Positions 13,301 to 28,300 of a stretch of 64,000 bases of DNA are shown in pieces. Under the pieces are notes generated by a model that was given only the letters and a program-made list of their open reading frames with translations, did not search any database and had not been told where the DNA came from. The translations under genes and the position numbers were made by a program. The stretch spans positions 113,448 through 177,447 of the forward strand of contig NIVC01001408.1 in NCBI GenBank assembly GCA_002269645.1, given 5' to 3'. Position 1 is the stretch's first letter, and each line of letters opens with the position of its first letter. The DNA is from Macrostomum lignano. Lineage: Eukaryota.

Positions 13301-16069
13301 TCAGCGGCCCAGGCTCGATTCCAAGCGCAGTCACATTAATTTCGGACTAAATTGAAATCTCGGCTTGGCTCTGCTCGTGCAATTAACGCCCTTGAGGGAG
13401 GGCCAACCCCCAAGGCACAGTGAAGTGTACATGCCAAAAGATAAATAAAGTTAGGGCCGCTTTACACGCCTGTGTTAGTGTGTGCCTGTACGTATGACTG
13501 CGTATGTATCTGCTGCTCAGGGGAGTCGGCGGAATGGGCAGTAATGCCTCTCGCCGGTTGTGTGACATTGTCGCTTAATTACCCTTTATATTATTCACGG
13601 AAGTTGCACAGGAGTCTGCAGACTCCATGATTACAGATAACTTAAATTTGACAATTGATTGAAGTCTTGAGATCCCAATAATCCTAATCTTTAAAAAAAA
13701 TTGTTAATAATAATTTAAATAAAATATGAATTGCCGAAAATACGGAATTTACATTGAAATTTAGCACCCAGCGTGAATGAAATTTATGGTGTCATGTCTA
13801 TACCAGTAAACACGAAACAAAAAATACACAAACAAGACCTCGCAATTGCTTTCGCAAAGCAGAAATCTGCAGAATTCTTGTTCCAAGTGTCCTCCTTGGT
13901 TCAATCCATTCCCTTGCTTCTTGACCCATTCGAATGATGTCTGTCTCCGTGTCTCTCGGTTCTCTCGACTAGCCCACCACTCACCCCAAACACAACCACC
14001 GGGAATCGCAGCACCAGAGACAGAGAGGGGTTGACCCTCCTCTTCCTCTCTCTCAGTTTCTTTCAACTCTTTCAAGATACACTTGTAGATATGTGTGTAT
14101 GCAGCTTCTAATGTATAGCAATATTGACTCAGTGCAATCAATGAAACACACGTTAAGGCTATAGCGGTACTGTTGTGTCCGAGTGTCTGTACGAGTACAA
14201 ATATTCCCGAGACTTGGTTGGTAATTTAGTAGCTTTAATAAAGGTCTGTATCTCTCTCTCTCTAACCCGTTCTCTTATTTGTCTACTGCAGCAATATTAT
14301 ATTCCGTCTGTGTCAAAGCGCTTAGCACTTGTCTGCTGACTTGGTGCTGTACTGTTGAGAGAAGCGGAGCTTTCGAAGCTGAATATTAGTGGAAATAATA
14401 GAGTTAAATTATGCGATCGGAGATAGCGCCAAATTAGACAATCAAAGGTAGCGCCAAATTAGACAATCAGTGGTGGCGCCAAATTAGAAAATCGGAGGTG
14501 GCGCCAAATTAGAATATCAGAGGTGGCGCCAAATTAAACAATCAAAGGTGGCGCCAAATTAGAATATCAGAGCCTCAGAGGTAGCGCCGAATTAGATTAT
14601 CGGAGGTGGCGCCAAATTAGATTATCAGAGGTGGCGCCAAATTAGATTATCAGAGGTGGCGCCAAATTAGATTATCAGAGGTGGCGCCAAAATTAGATTA
14701 TCAGAGGTGGCGCCAAATTAGATTATTGGATGGAGGTGGCGCCAAATTAGATTATTGGATGGAGGTGGCGCCAAATTAGATTATTAGATGGAGGTGGCGC
14801 CAAATTAGATTATTAGAGGTGGCGCCAAAGTAATCCATCGGAGGTGGCGCCAAATTAGATTATTGGATGGAGGTGGCGCCAAATTAGATTATTAGAGGTG
14901 GCGCCAAAGTAATCCATCGGAGGTGGCGCCAAATTAGATTATTGGATGGAGGTGGCGCCAAATTAGATTATTAGAGGTGGCGCCAAAGTAATCCATCGGA
15001 GGTGGCGCCAAATTAGATTCTTGGATGGAGGTGGCGCCAAATTAAATTATTGGATGGAGGTGGCGCCAAATTAGATTATCAGAGGTGGCGCCAAATTAGA
15101 TTATTGGAGGTGGCGCCAAAGTAATCCATCGGTTGGTGGCGCCAAATTAGATTTTTGGATGGAGGTGGCGCCAAATTAGATTATTGGATGGAGGTGGCGC
15201 CAAATTAGATTATTGGATGGAGGTGGCGCCAAATTAGATTATCAGAGGTTCTGAAGCAGCGTCCAACTGTTCGCAAGGGTTTCTGGGAATTGATTTGAAA
15301 TCCCAACAACCCCGATTAGTCTTGACTGAGCAGCTCTGCTCAGGCGTTGTTTTCACAAGCAAGAAAGAAAAAGAACTCAGTAGCGAGCCCGCTCGTACAA
15401 TTGCTGCACCTCCTTCCTTTTTTCCTGTCTCCAAGAGGGGGGGGGTTTCTCGTTCATCCATTGATTTCGAGATTTCAGCTCGGTGCGGCGCCCGGCCTCC
15501 CCAATTTCCCTCAGCTTTTCTAGCCTTGCAGATTAATCCAATCCATAAATCTCATTTTCTCACCAGACGGCCCAGTTCAGTCTTCTCAAGAATTTTTTGT
15601 CTTTGCTAGGGGGATTAAGAAACGACCCCTTGAAAATCCGTTCGGCCTAGCTAATCTCGTATCGCTTTCGAATTATTTTCTATGAAACTGGCTGATATTT
15701 CTAAGAAATAATATAATTTTCTGGATACACGCTTGTACTGTTTCTGCGCCAGCATTGCTGTGTTACTTGATTTATCTTATTGCTTCATGTGCGTTTTCTC
15801 CTAAATCATTATTTCTACAGGAAGACAAGATTGTTAACAATTTGTCTGAGCGAGGCACCGGCGCCCTTGACAACCGGGTAGTAACCATCTGCTCTGGCAC
15901 CGATTTGGTTAATATTGTCTACACGCACATGGTGGCCCAGGATGAGAAAACTGCCATGGTGAGTTTCAGTGATTGATTGGCTCTTGACTTGACAGACAGA
16001 CAGACAGACAGACAGACTGACAGACAGGCAGACAGGCAGACAGACAGACAGACAGACAGACAGACAGGC

Positions 16070-16106
<37 letters not shown>

Positions 16107-19100
16107 GGCAGACAGACAGACAGAGACGCAAAGACAAGCGTAAGGGCAGATAGGTTTTTAATTTAAATGATAAATTGATATATTTACCTGCATGTAATCT
16201 ATTTATTTCTAACGCAGCCACAGCTAGTTATTTTGGGTTCCCCCAGCTGTAGACAATAATTTTTGGGTCTGCAATAAAGTGCAAGAGCATTCTTTTACCA
16301 TTTCTGTTATCTGCTGCTATGCCGTGCGCTTGATACAGGCTGACAATTGACTGAGATATCACAGTTTTTTAGCTGTACTGGACAAGCCCTCTAATTCACA
16401 AGTAGGTTGGAAATATTCAGCTGCTATCTTTGACATACAAGTTAGTTCGTCCGTTTGCCAATAGATTTACAACTGTTTGTGGCTATACAACCTGTCTGCG
16501 CCTGTCAGATCTTACAGGTGTCGGCGTATGTTGATTTCACACCAACTTTTCTTAGTTTAAACTCTCAAATCATTCAGATGGGGTTACTTCAAGTGTATGA
16601 AATTTCCCCAAGGGACTATTTTAAAGCTATAACTCTTGTATTATTCATTGTTTTGTCACATTCATTCTGTGGTTCATGCTTTTAAATAATTTCTGCTGTC
16701 TAACACCCTCTATCTAACACCGTCTATCTAACACCCTCTATCTAACACCCTCTATGTAACACCCTCTATCTAGCACACTTAATCTATTACCCTCTATCTA
16801 ACACACTTTATCTATTGTATTTCCTTCTATCTATCACACGATATATTACCCTCTATTTAGCACTCTCTATCCAACACCCTCTATCTAACACGCTCTATCT
16901 GTCTACCTACCCTCTATCTTCCAACCCTCTGTCTACCGACCCTCTATCTGCCAACCCTCAATTTACGTACCCTCTATCTTCCAACCCTCTGTCTACCGAC
17001 CCTCTATCTGCCAAACCTCAATTTACGTACCCTCTATCTGCCAACCCTCTGTCTACCTACCCTCTATCTGCCAACCCTCTATCTACGTACCCTCTATCTG
17101 CCAACCGTCTGTCTACCTACCCTCTATCTTCCAACCCTCTGTCTACCTACCCTCTATCTTCCAACCCTCTGTCTACCTACCCTCTATCTGCCAACCCTCT
17201 GTCTACCTACCCTCTATCTGCCAACCCTCTATCTACGTACCCTCTATCTGCCAACCGTCTGTCTACCTACCCTCTATCTTCCAACCCTCTGTCTACCTAC
17301 CCTCTATCTTCCAACCCTCTGTCTACCTACCCTCTATCTGCCAACCCTCTGTCTACCTACCCTCTATCTTCCAACCCTCTGTCTACCTACCCTCTATCTG
17401 CCAACCGTCTGTCTACCTACCCTCTATCTGCCGACCCTGTCTACCTACCCTCTATCTGCCAACCGTCTGTCTACCTACCCTCTATCTGCCAACCCTCTAT
17501 CTACCTACCCTCTATCTACCTACCCTCTATCTGCCAACCCTCTGTCTACCTACCCTCTATCTACCTACCCTCAATTTACCTACCCTCTATCTGCCAACCC
17601 TCCGTCTACCTACCCTCAATTTACCTACCCTCTATCTGCCAACCCTCCGTCTACCTACCCTCTATCTACCTACCCTCTATCTACGTACCCTCTATCTGCC
17701 AACCGTCTGTCTACCTACCCTCTATCTTCCAACCCTCTGTCTACCTACCCTCTATCTTCCAACCCTCTGTCTACCTACCCTCTATCTGCCAACCCTCTGT
17801 CTACCGACCCTCTATCTGCCAACCCTCAATTTACGTACCCTCTATCTTCCAACCCTCTGTCTACCGACCCTCTATCTGCCAACCCTCAATTTACGTACCC
17901 TCTATCTGCCAACCCTCTGTCTACCTACCCTCTATCTGCCAACCCTCTATCTACGTACCCTCTATCTGCCAACCGTCTGTCTACCTACCCTCTATCTTCC
18001 AACCCTCTGTCTACCTACCCTCTATCTGCCAACCCTCTGTCTACCTACCCTCTATCTTCCAACCCTCTGTCTACCTACCCTCTATCTGCCAACCGTCTGT
18101 CTACCTACCCTCTATCTGCCGACCCTGTCTACCTACCCTCTATCTGCCAACCGTCTGTCTACCTACCCTCTATCTGCCAACCCTCTATCTACCTACCCTC
18201 TATCTACCTACCCTCTATCTGCCAACCCTCTGTCTACCTACCCTCTATCTACCTACCCTCAATTTACCTACCCTCTATCTGCCAACCCTCCGTCTACCTA
18301 CCCTCTATCTACCTACCCTCTATCTACCTACCCTCTATCTACCTACCCTCTATCTGCCAACCGTCTGTCTACCTACCCTCTATCTACCTACCCTCAATTT
18401 ACCTACCCTCTATCTGCCAACCCTCCGTCTACCTACCCTCTATCTACCTACCCTCTATCTATCTACCATCTATCTTCCAACCCTCTGTCTACCTACCCTC
18501 TATCTGCCAACCATCTGTCTACCTACCATCTATCTTCCAACCCTCTGTCTACCTACCCTCTATCTGCCAACCATCTGTCTACCTACCCTCTATCTTCCAA
18601 CCCTCTGTCTACCTACCCTCTATCTTCCAACCCTCTGTCTACCTACCCTCTATCTTCCAACCCTCTGTCTACCTACCCTCTATCTGCCAGCCGTCTGTCT
18701 ACCTACCATCTATCTGCCAACCGTCTGTCTACCTACCCTCTATCTGCCGACCCTGTATACCTACCCTCTATCTGCCAACCGTCTGTCTACCTACCCTCTA
18801 TCTGCCAACCCTCTATCTACCTACCCTCTGTCTACCTACCCTCTATCTACCTACCGTCTATCTACCTACCCTCTATCTGCCAACCCTCTATCTACCTACC
18901 CTCTATCTACCTACCCTCTATCTACCTACCCTCTATCTGCCAACCCTCTGTTTTCCTATCTCTATTTAGCGTCATATATACAAACAATACGCATAGTACA
19001 TATAGATGGGTTTAATGCGACAGTGGTTGAGCATGTAATACATGCGGTAGCGCAGGCGCATTCCAGGGGCCGTCATGCAACGAGTTTCAGTTCCTTTCGG

Positions 19101-19222
19101 TTGCTAGCTAAGCGTGAAATAAGAAGAGCTCGCTCGGTCTTCGGCTAACCCCCCCCCCTTCTCCTCTCCAATCCTCCACTCCAACTGATGGCGAGTGGGA
19201 GGCTGAACCCTGGCCGAAACGA

Positions 19223-19318
<96 letters not shown>

Positions 19319-22300
19319 TAATCTATTTATAGTTGGCGCCCCGTCACCGCTGCCTCTGCTGCTGCCCTCTTTTATTTTTCTGCGGCTAGCTAACCGGTCT
19401 TGGTTAACTGAACTCAATTCTTTCCTTCCTCTCTTTCTCTCTCTCAGATCGTCAGTTCCCTAGAAGTGCCGATTTGAGGCGGCAGGGGGTTGGGGGGGCT
19501 ACTAACGCATACCAATTCGATTTGATCTGCTCTTCTTCGCTTCATTTTGGCCTTCCCGCCTCGACCTCGAGGATTCAGTGCGGGCCTCTCGCTGATCTTG
19601 TTGCTTTTTTAATGCGCTCTCCCTGACTTTTATCCAGTTTCATTGCCAGCTTGCCTGCGTGTCTTCTGTGCGTGCCTGTATTTTATGACATCTCCTCTTC
19701 AGTCTCCTGTCCTCTGTCTACGTAGTCTAGGTTGTCAGAAAAGTTCTGTGTATATTGTAATAACTTGAGAACGATAAACAGTAGAAACATGAAAAGTTAC
19801 AAATGTCTTCCTTAACATCTATTCACTCAAAGTATGAGCCCTCAGCTTCAATGCACTTCTCCCAACGCCGCACCAGCCCGTCAATGCCTGCAGTCATGCC
19901 ATTGTTCGTCACGGCGGCAATGCCAGCCTTGTAGGCCCGATTCACGTCTTCCTCTGCGCTGAAACGCTGGGCCCGCATCGACTCCTTGATGCGAGGGAAG
20001 AGGAAAAAGTCGCATGGACTCAAATCCGGGGAATAAGGCGGATGTGGAAGAATTTCCCATCCCCACGACTCTTTCGTAGCCAGCACGCTTTGCTTTCGGT
20101 GCGGGGCTGCGTTGTCGTGAAGCAGAATCGGCCCAGCCGCGTGAAGCGCAGGCCTTTTGTCCCGAATGGCACGCTGAACTTTCACCAGAACCGACAGGTA
20201 GAAATCACCATTGACCGTCTGCCCCACTGGCACAGGCTGATCGAACAACAGACCCTCCCGGTCGAAGAAAGTCACGTGGATGACCTTTAACTGACCGATG
20301 CTCCGGATGGCTTTTTGAGGTCGCGGAGAATCTGGTCTGCACCATTTGGCACTCTGCCGCTTCAACTCCGCCTCCCAAGAATGCGCCCAGGTTTCGTCGC
20401 AGGCAACGATCCTTTGCAGGAACGCCATGCCCTCCCGCCGACACCGCTGCAGGTTGGATGCGCACATGGCGACCCGCCGAGCCCGCTGATCGTCAGTGAG
20501 CAGATGCGGCACCCACTTGGCACAGACCTTGCGCATCCCGAGGTCCTCGGTCAGGATCTTGTGGACTGAGTCGTGGGACACCCCTATGGCATCAGCCAGC
20601 TGCCTGGTGGTCAGTCTCCGGTCCTGCAGCACGGCTGCCTCCACCTGACTCACCAGGCTGTCAGTCCGAGCACTCGTTGGTCGTCCACTGCGTGGCTTGT
20701 CGTCGAGGTCTTCTTTGCCGTTGCAAATGGCAATAGCCCAGCGGCGAATCGTCTCATAAGATGGGCAAAATTCTCCTATGGTCTGCCGCATTTCTTCAAA
20801 AATCTCGGTTGCTGAACGCCCCTGAAGGACATGAAACTTGATGATCGCTGGATTTTCGCGTTTAGAAAAACTCTCCCGCGGGACGGAATTTTTTATATAT
20901 GTATATATCTATGGCTAAAACCCCACCTCTTCAGCTATTCATAGAGCTGAGCTATTCTCTAATACACAGAACTTTTCTGACAACCCTCATACTCTCTCTT
21001 CATCCGCTATCTACCCTCCACCATCCTGTGTCTACTCTCTCCATTCACTGTCTACCCTCCACCATCCTGTGTCTACTCTCTCCATCCACTGTCTACCCTC
21101 CACCATCCTGTGTCTACTCTCTCCATCTACTGTCTACCCTCCACCATCCTGTGTCTACTCTCTCCATTCACTGTCTACCCTCCACCATCCTGTGTCTACT
21201 CTCTCCATTCACTGTCTACCCTCCACCATCCTGTGTCTACTCTCTCCATCCACTGTCTACCCTCCACCATCCTGTGTCTACTCTCTCCATCCACTGTCTA
21301 CCCTCCACCATCCTGTGTCTACTCTCTCCATCCACTGTCTACCCTCCACCATCCTGTGTCTACTCTCTCCATTCACTGTCTACCCTCCACCATCCTGTGT
21401 CTACTCTCTCCATCCACTGTCTACCCTCCACCATCCTGTGTCTACTCTCTCCATCTACTGTCTACCCTCCACCATCCTGTGTCTACTCTCTCCATTCACT
21501 GTCTACCCTCCACCATCCTGTGTCTACTCTCTCCATTCACTGTCTACCCTCCACCATCCTGTGTCTACTCTCTCCATCCACTGTCTACCCTCCACCATCC
21601 TGTGTCTACTCTCTCCATCTACTGTCTACCCTCCACCATCCTGTGTCTACTCTCTCCTTTCACTGTCTACCCTCCACCATCCTGTGTCTACTCTCTCCAT
21701 CCACTGTCTACCCTCCACCATCCTGTGTCTACTCTCTCCATCTACTGTCTACCCTCCACCATCCTGTGTCTACTCTCTCCATTCACTGTCTACCCTCCAC
21801 CATCCTGTGTCTACTCTCTCCATTCACTGTCTACCCTCCACCATCCTGTGTCTACTCTCTCCATCCACTGTCTACCCTCCACCATCCTGTGTCTACTCTC
21901 TCCATCTACTGTCTACCCTCCACCATCCTGTGTCTACTCTCTCCATTCACTGTCTACCCTCCACCATCCTGTGTCTACTCTCTCCATCCACTGTCTACCC
22001 TCCACCATCCTGTGTCTACTCTCTCCATCCACTGTCTACCCTCCACCATCCTGTGTCTACTCTCTCCATTCACTGTCTACCCTCCACCATCCTGTGTCTA
22101 CTCTCTCCATTCACTGTCTACCCTCCACCATCCTGTGTCTACTCTCTCCATCCACTGTCTACCCTCCACCATCCTGTGTCTACTCTCTCCATCTACTGTC
22201 TACCCTCCACCATCCTGTGTCTACTCTCTCCATTCACTGTCTACCCTCCACCATCCTGTGTCTACTCTCTCCATCCACTGTCTACCCTCCACCATCCTGT

Positions 22301-25300
22301 GTCTACTCTCTCCATCCACTGTCTACCCTCCACCATCCTGTGTCTACTCTCCCATTCTGTCTTCCGTCTGCTTTTCTCCACGCCTTACTATCTTTTTAAT
22401 AAATATTATTGAACATAGTTATTAATTGTTTATATTTTTTTTTATTTTCCGCAGGCCTGGATTCAAGATCTGAGGCCGTTAACTCACAATACCAAGGCTA
22501 GCAATGTTTGTCCGATGACACAGCTAAGAAAACAGTAAGATATTACTAACTATAATTATCATAATACATTATAATTTATTAAATAATAATCGTCATATTT
22601 CTTCAGCTGGATGAAACTGTGCTTCTCAGTTAACGCCAACAACTGCATCCCAGTTCGCGTGATCAGCAAGACCTTCGCTTCCGGAAAAACTGAAAAAATC
22701 ATCTTTCAAACTTTGAAAGATCTCGGATTGCCTTCTGGAAAGGTAATTAGTCAGGCACAAAATTAGGCAATCAATGAGTCGCAAAATTAGTGAGGTAGGG
22801 AGGTAAAAATTAGGCAATTATTGAGCCGCCGAATTAGGCAATTAGTGAAACGCCAAATTAGGCAATTAGGGAAGTGTTAAATTAGGCCAATTAATGAGTC
22901 GCCGAATTAGGCAATTAGTGAGTCGCCAAATTAGGCAATTAGTGAGACGCTAAATTAGTCAATTCGTAAAGCGCAAAATTAAAGCATCGAAAGAAACTCT
23001 TCAAAGAAAGTTTAAAAAATAATAAAAAGCCGTTTTTTATATATATCCTCATCGTTGCAATTGCAGAATGACGAGATAATTCCGGCCACTTTCACATTCG
23101 ACAAGTTCTACGAATTGTACCATCGAATCTGTCCCAGGCAGGACATCGAAGACCTGTTCAATGAATTGTGCACCGACAACTCTAGCGTGATCACTCAGGA
23201 CAAGATGGTCGAATTTCTCAACGTTACTCAGCGCGATCCGAGGCTTAACGAAATTCTTTATCCTTTTGCTAATAAATTAACGATTGAGAATATACTCAAG
23301 CAGTACGAGCCTAGCGAAGAGAATAGAGAGAATCGTGAGTGATCGGGTGCTTTGTGTCTCTCTGGACTGCTGAATGTGTCTCTATGGTGCTAAATGTGTC
23401 TATATGGACCTAAATGTGTCTATATGGACTTAAATGTGTCTATATGGACTTAAATGTGTCTATATGGACTTAAATGTGTCTCTATGGACTTAAATGTGTC
23501 TCTATGGACCTAAATGTGTCTCTATGGACCTAAATGTGTCTATATGGACCTAAATGTGTCTCTATGGACCTAAATGTATCTATATGAACCTAAATGTATC
23601 TATATGAACCTAAATGTATCTATATGAACCTAAATGTATCTATATGAACCTAAATGTATCTATATGAGCCTAAATGTGTCTCTGTGGATCTAAATGTATC
23701 TATATGAACCTAAATTTGTCTATATGGACCTAAATGTGTCTCTATGGATCTAAATGTATCTATATGGACCTAAATGTGTCTCTATAGATCTAAATGTATC
23801 TATATGGACCTAAATGTGTCTCTATAGATCTAAATGTATCTATATGGACCTAAATGTGTCTCTATAGATCTAAATGCATCTATATGGACCTAAATGTGGC
23901 TCGATTGTTTTAAATTTTTCTATTGCTCCAAATGTGTCTCTATGGCAGGAATTGTGTCTCTATGAAGCGAAATGTGTATGTATGGTGCTAAACGTGTCTC
24001 TAGGCAACAATAAGTTTCTCCGATTCGTAAAATGTGTCCTCAGAGCAGCAATTGTCTCTAGCTAGAGCACTAAATGTGTCCGTATATGCTAAGACGCCTC
24101 CCAACCCCTACTCGCATGCAGGCCAAATTAGCATAGCGGGTTTCTATCGCTATCTGATGTCGGACGACAATGCTCCTGTATTCCTGGACAAACTGGAGAT
24201 TCATCACGACATGGACCAGCCACTATCGCACTACTACATTAATAGTTCGCACAATACCTATCTGATTGGTAGACAGTTTGGCGGTAAAAGCTCGGTAGAA
24301 ATGTACCGGCAAGTTCTATTAGCCGGCTGTCGTTGCATTGAATTGGATTGCTGGGACGGCAAAGATCCCGATCAGGAGCCAATTATCACTCACGGCAAAG
24401 CCATGTGCACCGACATCTTATTTAAGGTGATTATTTTCTGTCATTTCTACTTGTGAGTAGTGTACTAAGAATTTTAGAGTGCTTTCTACTGAAATATAAC
24501 ATTTTTAGTTAAATTCTCAGTTCTACTTATTTAGTAGTGTGTAATGAAATATTCAGCAATTATCTTACATTTTTCGTCATTTTCACTTATTGGTAGTGCT
24601 CTCAGAATTTAAAGTAATTTTTGCTAAAATATTATTTTTAATAAAATTCTCAGCTCTACTTATTTTGTAGTAGCTTTACTAAAAGTTTAGTCATTTTCTT
24701 ACATTTTTCTGCCATTTTTACTTATTAGTAGTGTACTAAGATTTTAAAAGTATTTTCTACCTTTCAAATTAAAAAAAATATTTTTTTCTTGTTTTTTGCT
24801 ATCATTTCGACTTCAGTAGTGTAGTGCAAATTTTATGCATTTTTTCAAATTTTTATTTCAGGATGTGATCTACGCTATTCGAGACACAGCATTTGTTACA
24901 TCCGCTTGGCCCGTCATTTTATCATTCGAGAATCATTGCTCGTAAGATGACGATTAATTAATATGAAACAATCTTAATAGGGATTGTCCGTTTCTTTTAA
25001 TTATCTTCTTCAATTTTTTACAGCAAAGCTCAGCAATACAAGCTGGCCAAGTATTGCGAAGACATCCTTGGAGACTTCTTGTTGAGTAAACCGCTGGAGA
25101 AATACCCTGTAAGTAGAGATTAATAGAAATTATTTGCACTGTTATATAGTTAACTATTTATTGAAAGAATAATATAACAAAAATTGAATTCCATTTTTAG
25201 CTTGAGCCTGGAATGCCGCTGCCGCCGCCCGAGAAGCTAAAGTGCAAAATTCTGATTAAAAATAAGCGGCTCAAGTCGGATGTGGAAAAACGTGAGATAC

Positions 25301-28300
25301 TAAAATCTTTTTCACCATTCCTGATGAGAATTCTCAATTCTAATAAAATCCCCAATTCTAATAAAAATCCCTATTCCTAATAGAAATCCCCATTCCTAAT
25401 AGAAATCCCCATTCCTAATAGAAATCCCCAATTCCTAATAGAAATCCCAAATTCCTAATAGAAATCCCATTCCTAATAGAAATCCCCAATTCCTAATAGA
25501 AATCCCAAATTCCTAATAGAAATCCCATTCCTAATAGAAATCCCCAATTCCTAATAGAAATCCCCAATTCCTAATAGAAATCCCCAATTCCTAATAGAAA
25601 TCCCATTCCTAATAGAAATCCCCAATTCCTAATAGAAATCCCAAATTCCTAATAGAAATCCCTAATTCTAATAGAAATCCCCATTCCTAATAGAAATCCC
25701 TAATTCTAATAGAAATCCCCAATTCCTAATAGAAATCCCTAATTCTAATAGAAATCCCTAATTCTAATAGAAATCCCCATTCCTAATAGAAATCCCCATT
25801 CCTAATAGAAATCCCCATTCCTAATAGAAATCCCCAATTCTAATAAAAATCCCCATTCCTAATAGAAATCCCCAATTCTAATAAAAATCCCTATTCCTAA
25901 TAGAAATCCCCAATTCTAATAAAAATCCCTATTCCTAATAGAAATCCCCAATTCCTAATAGAAATCCCCAATTCCTAATAGAAATCCCTAATTCTAATAG
26001 AAATCCCCATTCCTAATAGAAATCCCCAATTCTAATAAAAATCCCTATTCCTAATAGAAATCCCCAATTCCTAATAGAAATCCCCAATTCCTAATAGAAA
26101 TCCCATTCCTAATAGAAATCCCCAATTCCTAATAGAAATCCCCAATTCCTAATAGAAATCCCTAATTCTAATAGAAATCCCCAATTCCTAATAGAATTCC
26201 CTTATTCTAATAGAAATCCCTAATTCTAATAGAAATCCCCATTCCTAATAGAAATCCCCATTCCTAATAGAAATCCCCATTCCTAATAGAAATTCTAATT
26301 ACTAATAGAAATCCGCATTTCTAGTAGAAATTCCCATTCCTAAAAAAATCCCCACTCCTAATAAAACCCCCTTTTGTAAAGAATCCCATATTTTAAAAAA
26401 ATCCCTTTCCTAATCCGCAGACCAGCTCGAGCTGTTCCTCAAAGGCCAAGCCGTCATAGACGAAGTCGAAGTACCCGAAGATCCCCAAGTCATTGTGGAC
26501 GGCGAGGCCGGCCCCCTCAGCGACCTGGAGCCGACGCCACTCACCGGTCAGGTGGACACCGATCCCCATCCGGAGGGTGGCGCCCCTGCCGCCGCCCAGC
26601 CGAGCAAGCCCGCACTGGCGGCCACAGTTTCCCAGGGCTCCGCAGCGTCCGTGACGGCCAATTCGCCGACTTCCCCAACCGACGCCGCCGCTGTACCTGC
26701 GAGTTCTCTAACTAATTTGACCGCGGCAACTTCGACGGCTGTGGCTACTGCTAATAATGGCAGCGCCGTGCCCACCGATGTTGGCATCGACGAGGTGCCG
26801 CATGCTAAACCGAAGGTTTGTCTTGATTTGGCTTCTAGCTCTTTGGCCAGATTCTCAACTGTTTCATGAATTTAGTTAACATTCTCAACTCAATGGGGAT
26901 TTCATCATGCCATCTGCACTGCTACCTGTTCTCCGATTCTACTGCTGTCCTCTATCCTCCTCCCCCACACCTCATCCTCCCCCACCCCCTCATATACCCT
27001 ACCCCCTCATCCTCCCCCACCCCTCATCCTCCCCCACATCTCATCATCCCCCACACCTCATCCTCCCCACCCCTCATCCTCCCCCACATCTCATCCTCCC
27101 CACACCTCATCCTCCCCCACCCCTCATCCTCCCCCACCCCTCATCCTCACCCACCCCTCATCCTCCCCGACCCTCATCCTCCCCATACCTCATCCTCCCC
27201 TACCCCTCATCCTCCCGACCCCTCATCCTCCCCCACACCTCATCCTCCCCCACACCTCATCCTCACCCACCCTCATCCTCCCCACACCTTATCCTCCCCT
27301 ACCCCTCATCCTCCCCGACCCCTCATCCTCCCCACACCTCATCCTCACCCACATCTCATCCTCCCCCACACCTCATCCTCCCCCACCCTCATCCTCCCCA
27401 CCCCTCATCCTCACCCACCCCTCATCCTCCCCACACCTCATCCTCCCCTACCCCTCATCCTCCCCGACCCTCATCCTCCCCGACCCCTCATCCTCCCCAC
27501 CCCTCATACTCTCCCACATCCCATCCTCCCCACACCTCATCCTCCCCCACATCTCATCCTCCCCCACACCTCATCCTCCCCCACACCTCATCCTCCCCAC
27601 ACCTCATCCTCCCCCACACCTCATCATTTAATTTAAATCCTGGCCTCGCATTGCAGGGCACCCTAAGCGCAGAGGAAGAGCAGGGCCTACTAGCCCAGTA
27701 CCATTACACCGGAGCGACCACTAATATTCATCCGGTGCTGTCGGCCATGGTTAATTATGCTCAACCTGTCAAATTTCAAGGCTTTGATATCGCCGAAGGT
27801 GAGCTCAAACTTACAATAGCATAGATCTAAGTCGTTAATTGGTTGTTCTTTTTTTAAATTAATTTTTGTTATACCGTAGTTTTAAAATGAGATTTACTAA
27901 TTAGAGTTATACGAGACAATGCACATTCTTAAAAGTATTTGTCAGAAAACGGACTGATAAACACTAAGCCTTATTCATTTCTCCAAGACGTCACGACTCA
28001 CAATTGTCTACATCTGAAGAATCGCAAAAATTATGCATTGAAAATCAGTCACATTGAGAATGGCCTCAAACCAGTCATTGTGAATGGCCTCAAACCAGTC
28101 ATTGTGAATGGCCTCAAACCAGTCATTGAGAATGGCCTCAAATCAGTCATTGAGAATGGCCTCAAACCAGTCATTGAGAATGGCCTCAAATCAGTCATTG
28201 AGAATGGCCTCAAATCAGTCATTGAGAATGGCCTCAAATCAGTCATTGAGAATGGCCTCAAATCAGTCATTGAGAATGGCCTCAAACCAGTCATTGAGAA

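Noticed and set aside
16815-22425. Long ORFs 16815-19148 (777 aa) and 20899-22425 (508, 447, 429 aa)
   Set aside because: They are translations of 15/30-bp and 41-bp tandem repeats inside PLC intron 4, open in several frames, with no domain signal.
15959-22454. A duplicate of exon 5 equivalent to the Drosophila norpA alternative exon
   Set aside because: I found no second 80-nt exon resembling [16 protein letters not shown] in intron 4 or 5.
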